Notes: a model not told the origin generated them from the sequence alone. A stretch of 64,000 bases of DNA from Adineta vaga (GCA_021613535.1 CP075492.1:1674001-1738000), one strand, 5' to 3'; shown: positions 49,814 through 63,006, counted from the stretch's first letter. Made by a program: numbers and translations.

Positions 49814-52542
49814 AACCATCACCACATACAGATAAACAACGTCGATGGCGTGCTAAGAAGAAAAATCAAAACCACCATGCTCAATTGTATTTACATCGTT
49901 TACCAGTTGGACAAATTGTATATGATTTATTTTATTATTACCACATTAAATTAGCAAATTTTAGTTTTTTTAGAATGATTATCATCGAATTTCACCTGAT
50001 ATTGAAGAAAATTGTGAAAATGTTCATGATATACTTATGGAAGATACTCTTGTTGATATCGCATGTGCTGGTGGTGCATTTAATGATGATATTCTAGCTG
50101 ATGAGTATGAACTTGATGACGACGAACATAACCATAGTTTTGATTTTAACTCGAATTCGGTTCAATCAAATGGTAAGATATAATAATTTATTGTTTCATT
50201 TTTCACTTAAATATTAAAAAAAAAGTGATTGTAACTTCTTTTTCTTTTTAGAAATGATTGTTCAACAAGATGAACTCTTATATCCTGGAGCACCTGTTAC
50301 ATTTAAATCTTATCATGCACAAATATTGGATTTTGGTAATTCAATGAAATTAAGTGATTCGAATATGAATAAACTATTGAACTTAATTGGGAACGCATTA
50401 CCGATCGATAATAAGTTAATACGATCCTATAAAAAGTTATTATCTGTCTTTGAAACGACGTCAACATTTACTCAAACTCTTAAATGCAAGTATTGTTTAG
50501 GAATAATTGATAAAACGAATTCTTGTTCCATTATTTGTAAACAAAACAAATGTGACCGGCGAGTCGATGATATTGTAGAACATGTAATTGTTAATCGTTC
50601 ATATGAACAATTGATTGAAGTTATTCATCGAAATATCCATTCAATATTGCATTATCCACAAGTTGTAAATAATCTATTTCCATGTGATGTTATTTCTGGT
50701 TTAATTTATCAAGAGAAGGTCAAAAATTTGAAGTCATCAAATGGAACACATCCTATCACCTTAATGATACACATCGATGGTTTCCCATTAGTTCATTGGA
50801 CCAAGAAGCACACATGGTTAGTAACGGCATCAATAGCTGAAATTCCACCACCACTTAGAGAGAACAAATTAAACATGATTTTGCTGTCTTTATGGTACGT
50901 ATGATTTTATTTTCAATTAAACCACTATTTCTCCACTCTCTCGAGTGTAGGATTTTATATTTTCATCATATGTTTCGTTATTCTTGTGACAAACATGCTC
51001 GGACAAATATTAATTTAAAGTATGGTTTTTCTCATCTTTAGGAATAGCTCGCTGAAACCAGATGCAAATTCGTTACTACAAGATATTTGTGATACAATTA
51101 AGCAAACGATCATTGTTGATAGTATCAAGTTTACAATTGATGTATTATTATTTAAAGCCGATTTACCAGCTCGTGCATTAGCTACAAAACATGTCAACCA
51201 TAATGGATATTATGCTTGTCTTGAATGTGACCAACAAGGAATTTGGTATGAAGAAGGTCGAATCGTTATATATCCATATATTCCACATGAAATGAATAAT
51301 CGTTCATCAACTCATTTTGATTCATGTGCTCAACAAGTTAATCAACAATTATCTCGTGATAATTACTGTGGTGTAAAAGGTATTAGTCCACTGAGAAAAG
51401 TATTGGATATTCCGGATCAAATTGATATTGACATAATGCATTTATGTTTTATTGGACATTGTAATTTCTTATTATCCAAATGGGAAAAAATCATCGTTAA
51501 ACACAGTTGGTCATCAGGTAATGATTTTTTAAAGAAAATAAAATGGCCTCACAATTTCAATGTTGAGTTGCATTCGTTGTCAGATAGAACGTATTGGAAG
51601 GCCCATGATTATCGTGCATTTTTCTTATATGTTATGTTTCCATTTGTTTTTTCTTTTTTTCCAGAGAATATTTCGTCGCATTTTTCCTTATATTTTGTTT
51701 TTCTTCGGACGTTGTATTTCTATCATGATCTTCAAGAAGTTCTTGAAGTCGAACCGTTGATTAAAATCTATTGTGAACATGCTCGACATATTTATGGTAA
51801 TGCTTTCTATCTATATTCGTCACATGCACATTTACATTTAGTAGAAAAGGTAATCAATCATGGCGCATTTTGTTTTCATAATTGTTTTCCTAACGAAAGT
51901 TTTGTACGATTTCTTCGATCTTTACGTTCAGGTAATAGATCGTTAGCACGCCAGATTTGTAGCTCACTAGAGAAGTTTCGCTGTACACTTAAGAAAGAAA
52001 CATTATCTATTAGTAATATTTTTCTAGATGAGAAATTGATCATTGATAATTACCTAGATAGAGAGTATGTTTCGAATTATAGTTCGCAATTTTTTGATTC
52101 AGTGAAAAATATGATTACTTCATCGAATGAGCCTAGTTTACGCTTCTTTTGTCGAGCATGTAGAGGAATATCTGAATATCATTCCTTATCTTATAAACGA
52201 CGTGGTAATACACAAAGTTTCATAGTATCATTTCATGACGATAGTAATAACAAATCTTTTGGGCAGATAGTTTTCTTCTTTGAATTATTTGGTAAATCTT
52301 ACGCCTTCTTGAACATGTACGATATTGTGAAAAATTATTTTTCTTTAAGTGATTATGTAAAAAAGTGGTCGTTTTCTCCTTCAGTAATTAAGTTTCTTGA
52401 TAAGTACTATAACAAATGTAATCTTTCTACGAAAAAGTTCATTTCTGTTCCTTTTTCTTCAGTACTACACAAGTGTATTGCTATACAAATACGTGATTAT
52501 ATATTATTATCGGAAATTTTTTATGATTTAGACCAAGACTAA
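49814..52542 (+). CDS. CACTA (TnpD-like) DDE transposase, multi-exon, 5' end uncertain
   Basis: HIDGFP, EIPPPLRE, FKADLPARA, GYYACLEC, DIMHLCFIG, WKAHDYR, HAHLHL, FPNES; intron about 50896-51041 joins ORFs 50254 and 51022. Confidence 0.9.
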
Positions 52543-52640
52543 CTTGGTGATGTTGGTTTTTTTTGTCCTATTTGAAATATTGTTGAAATATCTTTTTTTG
52601 CTATGATTAATGTTTGACTTTTTTCAGATTTATTTCTATT

Positions 52641-54133
52641 ATGTATCAATATTTTTCGACGATCAATAATGCTGATGATACACAACGAAATTTATCTCAA
52701 GAGTATGGACATTCCTCATATCACGAATTACAACCTGTACATTTGTCACCAGTTTCATATTCAGCTGATGATGTTAATTCTCGTAAGTAAATGTTTCCAC
52801 AAGTGTTGTCAACGATATATGATTGTGAAATTATTTTCTGAAGTAAGCCATGCATTTTTCTTTTAGATGGTCCATTACTATCTACTCAACGTAATCCAAC
52901 AGTTGATAATCATCGATCTTCTAATGATCCATCATCTACAAGAATCCATGCAAGTACAAATAATCAAAATAATTGTGCATCATCTGTTGTTGCTATAGGT
53001 AAGTAAAAATGTAGTATTTTCAAAATCAAAAATTTCATTTGTAGGTTCACCAGCTAAACGACGTCGAACATATCCTGCTCAATCCAATCCACCTTTATCT
53101 GCTCCACCTGTTCGACGACGATTTGATTCTACTCTTCAAAATACAGCAGCATCGCTGATGGGTAAGCTTATATAATTTATTTGTATATATCAAACGTTTT
53201 TATCTTGATTTAAAATAATAGAAAATGTTGCTATTGGTATAAGTACGTCTTCTTCAAGAAGTACAGCTGCTGGTGTAAAATCGATTTCAGAAGCATCACA
53301 AAATGGTTATTAAAATTTAAATAGGATCTTTTTACATGATTATATTTACTATTTAAGTTTTAGGATTAACCCAAATCATCAAACCCATTGTGAAATTATG
53401 TGAAGAAACAAATCAGTTAACAAAAGAAGTATTGAAAATATTAACTGAACAAACAAATTTAACTCGTGAATTAGCTAATTTTCCACGTGAATTACAAAAA
53501 GCTACTCAACATTTATCTCATACGATACATTTGGTAATGATGAATATCAATTAAATCAATACCGATATTTTCTTATCCTTTTAGCAATCAAAAGTACTAC
53601 AAGCTCGACAACAAAGTGACGAAGAAAATCTTTCTATCGTAAGTACAAAAATCAAATCAGAGTATTCACGACTGTGTTAGTTCTGTTTTATAAAGAGAAT
53701 TCTCAATCTCACAGAATAAAAATATTGTTCATCGATCTTTTTTTCTACTCAAAGGAATTGAATGGAATTGATGTGTCGCATGTTCAACGTGGTGCATCAT
53801 TAAATGCGACTGCTCGAGCTTTAGTACGCGCTGCATATGGTGACATGGCATCTTTTAACGATCTACAACCAGGTGAATTTGACATTTTATTAGGTAAGAT
53901 ACATTTCCAAATTTGGTTAATTTCAATATTTAGATTTTCTTTGTTTTTAAGGTTATTTAGCATACGTTCATGGACTTCATCCAGCAACTGCCTTCGCAAA
54001 TAGTCAAGCAATAAAAAATTCGTTACAGCAAATGAAACAAGACAATAAAAAGCAAACACCAACTCAATCATCAAAGCGAAATTCAACAGCAAATCAACAA
54101 ATTCCCGACGTTCACAATGATGATAAAATTTAA
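52641..54133 (+). CDS. Second CACTA gene (TnpA-like accessory protein), many small exons
   Basis: ATG at 52641; series of ~50-110 bp GT-AG introns; Ser/Pro-rich then coiled-coil-like exons; last exons ELNGIDVSHV...LNATARALVRAAY...; TAA at 54131-54133. Confidence 0.6.
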
Positions 54134-55104
54134 AAAAAGATTAGTATCTTCTTTATGTTGTTTTTTTGTACTAAAAACTGAAACCACTTCATGAATGCGT
54201 GAAACTTAAAGTATTTTTTTGTCCTTTTACTTTTTTGTACGTGTTGTATAAAGCTTATAATAAAGCAATATGAAAGAAGTATTATTAAAGTAGGAAAAGC
54301 ATTTTTAATATGACAAGAATCAGTCAAGAATCCTAAGAAATCAGAAACTGGCAAGAAAACTAAAAAATAAGAATCAGACAAGAAAATCAAGAAAAACAAG
54401 AATCAGGCAAGAAGTCAAGAAAAAAAAGAATCAGACAAGAAAGCAAGAAAGCAAGAATCTTGTCTGAAAAAATTTTCTTGCCTCATCAGACAAGATTCGG
54501 TCTACAAGAACCGTACCAGAAAGGCAAGATCATATTTTTCAGGCAAGAATCTTGTACAGAAGGAATAGAAGAAGAATCTTGTCTGAAAGTCAAGAAAAAC
54601 AAGAACCTGGAAAGAATAGGGCAAGATCGTCGATTAGTGTGGGACACGAAGGAAGTTAGCAGTGAATTCGAGTATTTTCTGCTGACATTCGCTTAGGTAC
54701 TTGGGATAGGTCTGGTACTTCTGGGATAGATAGAATTCATCATTCTGCATCGAATGGTATAGAATGAGAGAGCGGGGTCATCGACCAAAAACCAGAGATT
54801 TCACCCAAAATACTCGGTGAACTAGTCATTTTACCCAGTAATTCTTTGGTGATCTTCGTTGGGACAGTTGAATCATTTGTCACAAAATCCAACGAAATAA
54901 TTGATCTTTTTCCTTTGTGGTTATTTGTAATATTAATTTTAATATAGGTATTCTTAACCCTCAGTTATCGTTTTTAACACTCGGACTCTGATCGTATTTG
55001 ATAAGACGTGAATATTACGATGATCTTTGTTGGTAATGATCAGCTATATACTTTATTCTATAAATTTCTCCACCTCTTATATCTTTGCTCTCAAGTCTTC
55101 CCTC

Positions 55105-55170
55105 GAGTGAGCGTGCGTGGGTGTGCGTGTGAGTTAAGAGTATAGCCTGACCTACACGCACACCCACACC
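55105..55170. repeat. Telomere-hexamer palindrome, copy 10
   Basis: gagtgagcgtgcgtgggtgtgcgtgtgag-ttaagagtatagcctgacct-acacgcacacccacacc. Confidence 0.8.
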
Positions 55171-55704
55171 GATTTTTACAGTATTTTTCGATTTTTGCTA
55201 TGAAGACGGCTTTTTATCTCGATATACTATATATATTCGCATCCAGTGGAACAAACTGCATCGAACCACGTAAAAAAAACAATAGGGAAAAAAGTTTGTT
55301 TAAATTTTGCATCAGCTCAACCTTACTCAATTCTCTATTTTTGCAGTTCTTTTCTTTTTATAAATTATTTCGAATTCGGAAGTTTTGTGCATCTCCAAAG
55401 TGTTCGGGTACTTTTTATATGTTAATCAATTATTGAGATTTTATCAGCATTCTAAAACTCTCATATATATTATTCGAGTATGAACTTCATTTTGGTAAAA
55501 AACCTTTTTTTTGAGATCATTGATTTTTAGACTTACTACGTGAAAAGACATAAAAGACTGATTATAATGATATAAAACTTTTGTCAAGAAAACTGATTTC
55601 AATAAGATTATAGACAAAATAGTAAGTTTTCTTAATGCTTCTCCTCTTATAATAACATGGTGCATGTCCGTTGTATCATAAATTAAGAGGTTGAAGTTCA
55701 GTGT

Positions 55705-55955
55705 TGTAAGGATAAACTTTGTTTGTGGTCAGCAAGTGTCCCTTTATTTCTAAATGCTCTTTCCTTTTATAGAGATGCTCTCTCCTCTCTCTCACAAGTG
55801 AGCACACCACTTAAGAGAGATGAGAAAGGAAGAGAAGAGAAACGTACAAGCAGAAAGATATCAACGACAAATACACATAATGAGAAGATGAACGAGTATA
55901 TTCACCCCATAGAAATAAGACGATAGATGAACATCAACATATACATATTGTTACA
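55705..55955. mobile_element. Possible solo LTR (251 bp)
   Basis: TGTAA...TTACA termini; flanks GTGT/GTGA (imperfect 4-bp TSD); CT-rich and GA-rich tracts. Confidence 0.4.
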
Positions 55956-55956
55956 G

Positions 55957-56022
55957 TGAGGATGTAGATGTGGGTGAGTAGATATTAAACTTCATATATA
56001 TTCACACCCTCACATCCCTCAA
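55957..56022. repeat. Telomere-hexamer palindrome, copy 11
   Basis: tgaggatgtagatgtgggtgag...ttcacaccctcacatccctca. Confidence 0.7.
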
Positions 56023-56324
56023 ATAATTTTACACGATGGTTATCATGACAGTTGAATCCTTGAATGAAAATATATATTACTCTATATTATATGCAAAGTT
56101 AATCATTGCCGATATTTGATAAAAGAACAGAATGACGCGTATTTTATTTTATATATGTAGTTTAAGCTGAATATAATGATATAATTGAAATTGTAACATG
56201 ATATCTATAATATAATGATGATAAAGCAAATATTAGCATATAAAAGTAACTTGTTTTTACGTTACTATTTCGGCATTTTTCTTCATACTATTACGCGTAA
56301 AATAAAAATAAAATTTTTAAGAAA

Positions 56325-57715
56325 ATGAAGCAAAGAATATTGTCGATGTTGCTGATTCTATGTGTTAATCAATGTATCAGTCAAAAAGGTTTTCCAACAC
56401 AATTTCAAACAATATTAAATATAACTGGATTACAATCATGGCAAACACCAACTACGGGCATTCAAAGATTATTATATGATTATGACAATTTAAGAGTTCG
56501 CTTTGATATTCGAGGATGGAGATTGAATCAAAGTGAAGCTTATATGCTTAAATACAAACCAGAAGGTGCTGAAGCCGATTCAGTAAGTTAAAAATTGTCC
56601 AATATACAAAAAAAAGATTAACGAGAAGACCTTACTTTTAGCCAGCTTCGCAGGGTTATACATTGTTCAATTTCAATCCTGATCATCCAGAATTGACCAA
56701 AGTAAAAGAAAATAACTTTTTATTATATAGTTATAATGTTTTATGTTGTAGAATGACTGTTGGTACAGAACAGATCCAATGAGTAGTATAGGTCCATTAC
56801 CATGGAACTGGTTCTATAGTTCACAAGGTGTTATTGATTCACAAGATCAAACTAAAATTCAACCGTGGTTTCCATTACCAGCAAATCTTATCAACAAAGG
56901 CGAAGAATGGATACCAGAAATTAAACAAAATGCAATTGTATGTTTTAAATATTACAAGTATAATTAGAAAATATTATAAGAGAATTCATTTTAGAGATAT
57001 GACTCTCCAGAAATATGTGACTTAGAGAAATCTCGTATTGGTAAAGTTCCATGTTTAAGTTATTTTGAAATAGAAGAAAGACCAGTAAAAACTATTCGTG
57101 CACGCGCTGCTAAGGGTGACTTCGATAGTGATGAGTAAGTTCAAATCTCTTTTAGTTTTACTATATAATAAAGATATTTTATCAATAGATACATAACTAC
57201 CGTTTATTTAACATTTATTCATGGTATTCCATCTCGAGCTGAATATTTATTTGATTTACCAAATCAATGACCTTCTTATTGTGGCAATGCAAACACAGGT
57301 AAATTACAGATTACTTTATGCATAATTTAGATTGTGTATTTTAGGTTTTACTGTAGATCCTTTACATGGATTTGTAGTAACCCCACAAGGTAACGATAAT
57401 TTTACATTAAAATTACAAACACCACCCGTTCACGCACTTGGTGATCAAATCAAAGTTGAATTTAAAGTACAACCAAATTGGTATTATAATGGCACACGAT
57501 GTGCACAATTTAATCCAATTATTTTTGATAAAGAGAGTTGGAATAAACCACAACAAGTTGATATGTCTTTTGTTGATTATGGTTGTTGCACATATGCAAT
57601 AATGGCAAATGGGGGTGGATATGATTGGCAATATGCAATTCAAACTTTTGTTGTTTATGCATGTGATGGACAAGCTGGATATGGTTGTAAAGGCAAACAA
57701 CCATGTGGAGCGTGA
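56325..57715 (+). CDS. Secreted protein with an ependymin-related-like N-terminal domain and an Ig/Calx-beta-like C-terminal domain; one in-frame TGA
   Basis: Signal peptide; FPTQF...G..RLLYDYDNLRVRFD; several short GT-AG introns; PNQ*PSYCGN (TGA 57268-57270); IIFDKESWNKPQQV. Confidence 0.6.
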
Positions 57716-57854
57716 AATGATTTATAGACAAAACACATTTGCAATGAGAATTCTTTTTATTTTATCTTATTTTATTAAAATTAGATAAAAACTACTTCTT
57801 GATAACGTTTATATTGAATCTCAGATATCTCAAAAATGTAAAATATATGTAGCA

Positions 57855-57924
57855 GTGTGCGTGGGTGAGGGTGTGAGTGTGAAGAAGAAAAGAGTATTAA
57901 CCACACCCACACCCTCAAGATGGT
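57855..57924. repeat. Telomere-hexamer palindrome, copy 12
   Basis: gtgtgcgtgggtgagggtgtgagtgtg...ccacacccacaccctcaagatggt, 140 bp after the stop at 57715. Confidence 0.8.
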
Positions 57925-58530
57925 ATTATAATTTTGCGTTTATTAGATTCTTTTTTCTTATCTTATAATCAAATCAGTATAATCATATAGGAATGGGTTG
58001 ATCAACTTTATTTCAATGTATGAGAGTGACGGCAAAAATTCGGTAGCAACCAAAAGTTAATAAATACAATGTTTCAATATCAATAGAACAGAACTGATTT
58101 ATTTGCATCAATGTTTCATTATGCCGAATTCACGTGATCAGAATATATGATAGAGTGATAACTTAGAAGTGTAATTAGAAAATCTAGAGTGTATACTTAG
58201 AAGTATATGGTAAAAACATCAATGTAATTTGCATTATAATGATACTAAGAGAATAATGTGTAGATGTTTATTTATGCATATTACTTAGATGAACTTATTT
58301 TATAATAAAACGTACAAGTGCGAAGTACGTGACGAACGAATTGAATTTTGAAACAAATCACTGATATTTTTGACGAGCAAACAGTCAGAACTTGTGTCGA
58401 TTTGATAGAATAAGTGTCTTGAAAAAAGTATCCTGCATCAAAGACATATACAACCAACAAATTCTAATTTCAACAATCAAACGAAAATTGACAAGATTGA
58501 TCAAATTCAAGAGAATTATTTGAATGTATC

Positions 58531-59615
58531 ATGAATTCTCGTAAATTAGAAGATGGTCAACTGAATGAAGCAGAAACATCAAACAAAACGAATAATATGA
58601 GGTGTGATCATAGTCACTGTTTGAGTCAATGCTTTCGATAATGTTTTGTTCAATTTGTTTTTAGACGTATTGGTAACATGTTGCTTAGTTGGATGAAGTC
58701 GAAAACTTTCTTATTTGGTTTATTATTTGGTCTACTGACCGGTGGTATTGGTTTAGCTGCAGCTACAACTATGTGGCTAGCACCATCGGGTAATAAGCGG
58801 TTTTATCTTGTTGATTTTTAATAGAATCCTTCGTTAGATCCTTTGGAGAAATCGTTGACTTACAGTAATTTTTCTACATGATGATGCTATAAAATCTTTA
58901 TTTTAGAAACAACAAGCACAACTACTAAGATCACAATAACTTCGACAATCAGTAGTACTACAACTACTCAAATAACAACAACAACAACGACAACTGGTAT
59001 ACGACATTGTTTCTCTCATATATATCATTTTTCGAGATAGAGTCTCTCAAAGTAGAATTGTAAATCATTCAAGATTTACAGTAGTAAAATGCCTTGTGAA
59101 GATTATTTCTTTTTTCGAAACAAAACAAACATTCTTCATTATTATAGAGTCGACGACAACAACCGATGTATTCACACCCTCAACAATGACTTGTAATAGT
59201 ACAGTAGCAACGCGTAAGTTACGCATGCTTTTGGATAACTGAAGCGATTTACTCGACTATGATTCTTAATTTAGCTTGTACGACAACGACAACACTAGTT
59301 GCTAGTTGTCAAAGTTATGAAGTATCATGGAATAATCATTGCTACTACTTAGATGGATCAGGTGGAAACTGTACAACAGGGTATAGTCGAGCAGCAAATG
59401 CTGTCTTGACATGCATAGCATCACAATTTGCTGGTAAAACATATCGAAATACAACATCAAACAATTGTTGCATTTGGACATCAGATACATATGAATGTTA
59501 TATAATGAGTTCAAATTGTAATGCAGCTGGTCCATTTTCTTTAGGTCCCAAATATGGTTGCACTAATTTGCAACAACAATATAGTCAGCAAATGACATTC
59601 TGCGGTAGTAATTAG
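58531..59615 (+). CDS. Type II membrane protein with Thr-rich stalk and Cys-rich C-type-lectin-like C-terminal domain
   Basis: TM exon FLFGLLFGLLTGGIGLAAATTMWL; poly-Thr exons; last exon CQSYEVSWNNHCYYLDGSGGNC...FCGSN*. Confidence 0.7.
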
Positions 59616-59656
59616 TTAAACAACGTTTTCTTGAAATTGTACTAATACAGAGTATT

Positions 59657-59714
59657 TTTAGGGTGTGGGTGAGCATGACAGTATCAATAAAATGATTACC
59701 TACACCCACACCCT
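59657..59714. repeat. Telomere-hexamer palindrome, copy 13
   Basis: ttagggtgtgggtgag-(unique spacer)-ctacacccacaccct, about 40 bp after the stop at 59615. Confidence 0.8.
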
Positions 59715-60268
59715 TTTTTGATAGTTTTATTGAAATTTTTGTATAATTCATTCTTGTCGAACCATCTTATTAAATGAGAAAAAGTGACTATTAATGACGT
59801 CAATTGTATTGCAGATTTTAATACTTCCATAAATATATCTGGTGTTTCAAATTGTAAACTATCTTATAGAATAAAATGTTTAATATTTGATTCAAGTTCA
59901 TCGTCATTGTATTTTTAACTTTTTTTCAAACTTGGCACCCAAATGATACGGATTCAATCTGAGGAAAATAATGTTGATCGTTTTCTGTTAATGTTTCAGG
60001 GTCAACTAAGAAATCTTTACATTATCAAATGCATCAAATGGATATGGTAAAGTGTGAATCTCTGCCTAAGATGACCATATAGCATATTCCGTATATAAAT
60101 GACGTTCATTGAACCAAAAATTATTCTGAAATTCTTTCAATCTTTGTTCATTAATACTATTCTGTACCAAATCAGTGACAACAAATCTGAATTTGAAAGT
60201 TTTTAAATTTAGTGTTCTTTCTAGTAGCATAAAAAGAGTATTAATATCACCCTGAAACCAGCTGATTT

Positions 60269-60325
60269 CATCTTGAGGCTGTGGGTGTCAATATCTCTTC
60301 TCGAATAACACCCACACCCACATTC
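60269..60325. repeat. Telomere-hexamer palindrome, copy 14
   Basis: catcttgaggctgtgggtgt-caatatctcttctcgaata-acacccacacccaca. Confidence 0.8.
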
Positions 60326-60449
60326 TATTGTGAATACTTAGTACTAAATAGCGATAAAGTTTCCAATCTATGGCTTTTACTATAGGTGACTACCAATAAC
60401 AAGACTGTATCATGCGATAGTTTTTTCATTTCCCAGAGCATCTCAATGA

Positions 60450-60492
60450 TGAGAGTGAGGGTATATATATATACTTTCATCTTCACCCTCAA
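60450..60492. repeat. Telomere-hexamer palindrome, copy 15
   Basis: tgagagtgagggta(ta)n...ttcaccctcaa, about 80 bp downstream of the GPCR stop. Confidence 0.55.
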
Positions 60493-60574
60493 AATTTTTA
60501 TTTCAGATTACAATGAGATAATACAAACTAAATAAGACATTTAAATCATGTCAATCACTTGTTGAATATTGAAC

Positions 60575-61585
60575 TCACAAATTCATCGCAGGTATCGTTA
60601 CTACTCTTCTTACCGATACGACAGTAGATAAATTATGTGGTTGTCCTGGTGACATACAGAAAATTTTCTTCTTGATCGTTTTGCGTAATTCTGGATATTG
60701 ACTTAAAGCTGTAAATGGAAAGAGTAAAGTAATATAATAACTAAAAAAGTAGAAATAAAGACGAGCTTGAACACCATATTCTGATGGTAAACCACATATA
60801 TAAGCAAAAGTAATAAGATAAATTGGTAAATTAATACACGTATTAATACCAGATACCAAACATAATTGAATAATCATTCGTCTTTGTTTACGCCATTGAT
60901 CAGATTGGTGAAGACGTCGTTTTTGCCATTGAACACGTAAAATAAGAGCAATACTAATAATACCTTCCAATAGAATAGGCGCCCAATTATTAGCAAATAG
61001 ATCCCAAACACCAAAAACACCATAAGATTGATAACATGGTGATGATCCACATGCTGGTACTGTATAATCATAACTATTTTCACAAGGTATAAAGAAAACA
61101 GCAATAATATAAAAGAGAAGAATATATGTCACGAAAAAAATTAATGGAAAATAATGAAAAAGAAAACGTCCTTTTCGATTTCTCACCCATCGATCATGAA
61201 ATATTAAAATATGTCGTTCGAGAGCCAACCAAACTAAGAGAATAACACCTCCGTTATAAAAGGTAATATCAATGAACCACCAAATACGACAAAAAATTGG
61301 TTTTGATGATTCAAATGAACCATAATGATAAAATATAAGATACAATATGATATCTGGTAATTGAACAGGAAGATTCATAAGAAGGATAACGAGAATTGTA
61401 TGATTTTGTAATGCATATCGTCGAACTCGATTGATAATAATATGAATAATGATACAGAAAGTACAGACAGTTGATGGAATATCAGTCAAAAGGAAAAACC
61501 AGAAACGAACCATACGTGGTAGAGAAATTTCTGAGCTCTCGGATGAAGTATCATCATTATTAGAGCTGTTGTTTGTAGACATCAT
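60575..61585 (-). CDS. Rhodopsin-like orphan GPCR, intronless, intact
   Basis: 336 aa, seven hydrophobic segments, TM3 Cys (FCRIWW) and ERH at the DRY position. Confidence 0.85.
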   Translation of the reverse strand: MMSTNNSSNNDDTSSESSEISLPRMVRFWFFLLTDIPSTVCTFCIIIHIIINRVRRYALQNHTILVILLMNLPVQLPDIILYLIFYHYGSFESSKPIFCRIWWFIDITFYNGGVILLVWLALERHILIFHDRWVRNRKGRFLFHYFPLIFFVTYILLFYIIAVFFIPCENSYDYTVPACGSSPCYQSYGVFGVWDLFANNWAPILLEGIISIALILRVQWQKRRLHQSDQWRKQRRMIIQLCLVSGINTCINLPIYLITFAYICGLPSEYGVQARLYFYFFSYYITLLFPFTALSQYPELRKTIKKKIFCMSPGQPHNLSTVVSVRRVVTIPAMNL

Positions 61586-62479
61586 TTGACAATAATGAAA
61601 GATTTGAAAATGAGCGATATGTCTTTTTTATGAAAGAGAATAAAAAATTTTATTTACTTGTTTCAAAAATAGAATATATATCAATTAAAATCATGAAATT
61701 GATATGACAGATATATGTAATGATAAACTGAAACTCATAATTAGAAATAACTCATGTGAATTATCAAATCTAACACTGTCGCATAGACTTCAATGCATTT
61801 AATATCATGTACATCAGCAGTAATATTTAATGACATAAAAGATCTCATTTTTTCTCATCAGACTATTCAAAATTGCGTCGCATCCAGATTAATGTGCCAC
61901 TTTGAACGTGTACCTGTGTAAATCATGCAAAAAGAGTTTCCAGTAATTATTTTCAAGGTTTCTTGATATTATTGAGTTAAAAATACTTAGAAGCGTGTCA
62001 CTTCAACATATATGTTTAATCATCTCAGTCAGTTTCCAAGACAATTATCATTAATAGATGATAACATTAAAGAATGTTTTGATTGTATCAAATTTAGATT
62101 AATTATCTGAAAATTGTTCGTTGAGAAAATTTAACAAATTATAATTATATTGAAATGCACGTATATAAGTATCACAAAGGTGACTGCAATCACGCACTTT
62201 TCGTTCATATAAGGAAGCACGAGAAATCTATGAAAGATCATTTGCCATCAAACAGAAGTTTCCAAATAATCAATCATTGGGCACAGCTTACACTAATATG
62301 AGCATATCAAATAGGTCAAAGTTATTTATAAAAAAAAATTTATTTGAAAAAGTGATCGACTTCAAAAATGGAAAAACAATTCGAAATCTGTCAACGATCA
62401 GTTATCAAACAAACTTTCAACATAAGAATTTAGCTTCTTATGTTATCGCTTCACAGCTGTTCCAATCATTATATATTTG

Positions 62480-62960
62480 ATTTTAATATTTAATATAATA
62501 GACTGGTAAAATATTTCGATTGGAATCGATAATGAATCATTTGTTTGATAAGCCTCAGGTAATTGGAAGTGCCACCCATGACGATATGTTCTTACTAGAA
62601 TGTAAAAAGATAATTATAAGTGAAATGTTTCGATCAAGTCACTAGCTGATATATATATATATATACCCTTATGATCATTATTAAATCCATGGTCAAGAAT
62701 ATATCGAGCGCATACTTGTGAACATGGATAAACAAGAATTTCTTCAATTTGATCGTTATGTCGACGATTGTGAATAACTGTTTTCTGGTCAAGATAATGA
62801 TAGGACCATGATGGATTTTCGATTTTATCAATTTGAATCACATCTTCTCTTTTTCTGTCATATTTTTTGGCTACTGTTTTGAACTATTCAGATGATTCTT
62901 CAACAGGTTGTAAGACACTTGGTTCCATTGACCAAACTTCGTTTGTAGGCAAACTCAAAA
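62480..62960 (-). pseudogene. Degenerate PARP-catalytic-like fragment
   Basis: LQPVEESSE*FKTV...VIQIDKIENPSW...EEILVYPC...ILDHGFN resembles the PARP12/14-type I..I.RIQN...E..LFHG...I...GF pattern; TAG at 62884-62886 and the catalytic His is replaced. Confidence 0.55.
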
Positions 62961-63006
62961 ATGGATAGACTGTATGTTGTGTTTCAATACGAGAATCAAA
63001 TAGACG

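Larger units (their letters stand above)
48944..54639 (+). mobile_element. Apparently complete CACTA/EnSpm DNA transposon
   Basis: About 40-bp perfect TIRs CACTAATCGACGATCTTGCCCTATTCTTTCCAGGTTCTTG; 2-bp TSD TG (48942-48943 and 54640-54641); subterminal CAAGAATCTTG/CAAGATTCTTG arrays; two internal genes. Confidence 0.95.

Noticed and set aside
54130-54696. ORFs 54130 (minus) and 54460 (plus)
   Set aside because: Translations of CACTA subterminal repeats and TIR.
13686-57270. Alternative genetic code (TGA = Trp) suggested by TGAs at Trp-like positions
   Set aside because: TGG is used normally, TGA terminates intact genes, and in-frame TAA/TAG lesions are also present.
57716-57755. Possible SECIS (ATGA...AAAA...TGAG) after the gene with an in-frame TGA
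   Set aside because: The stem is only about 8 imperfect bp and the AA-to-GA spacing (about 13-15 nt) is too short for a canonical SECIS.
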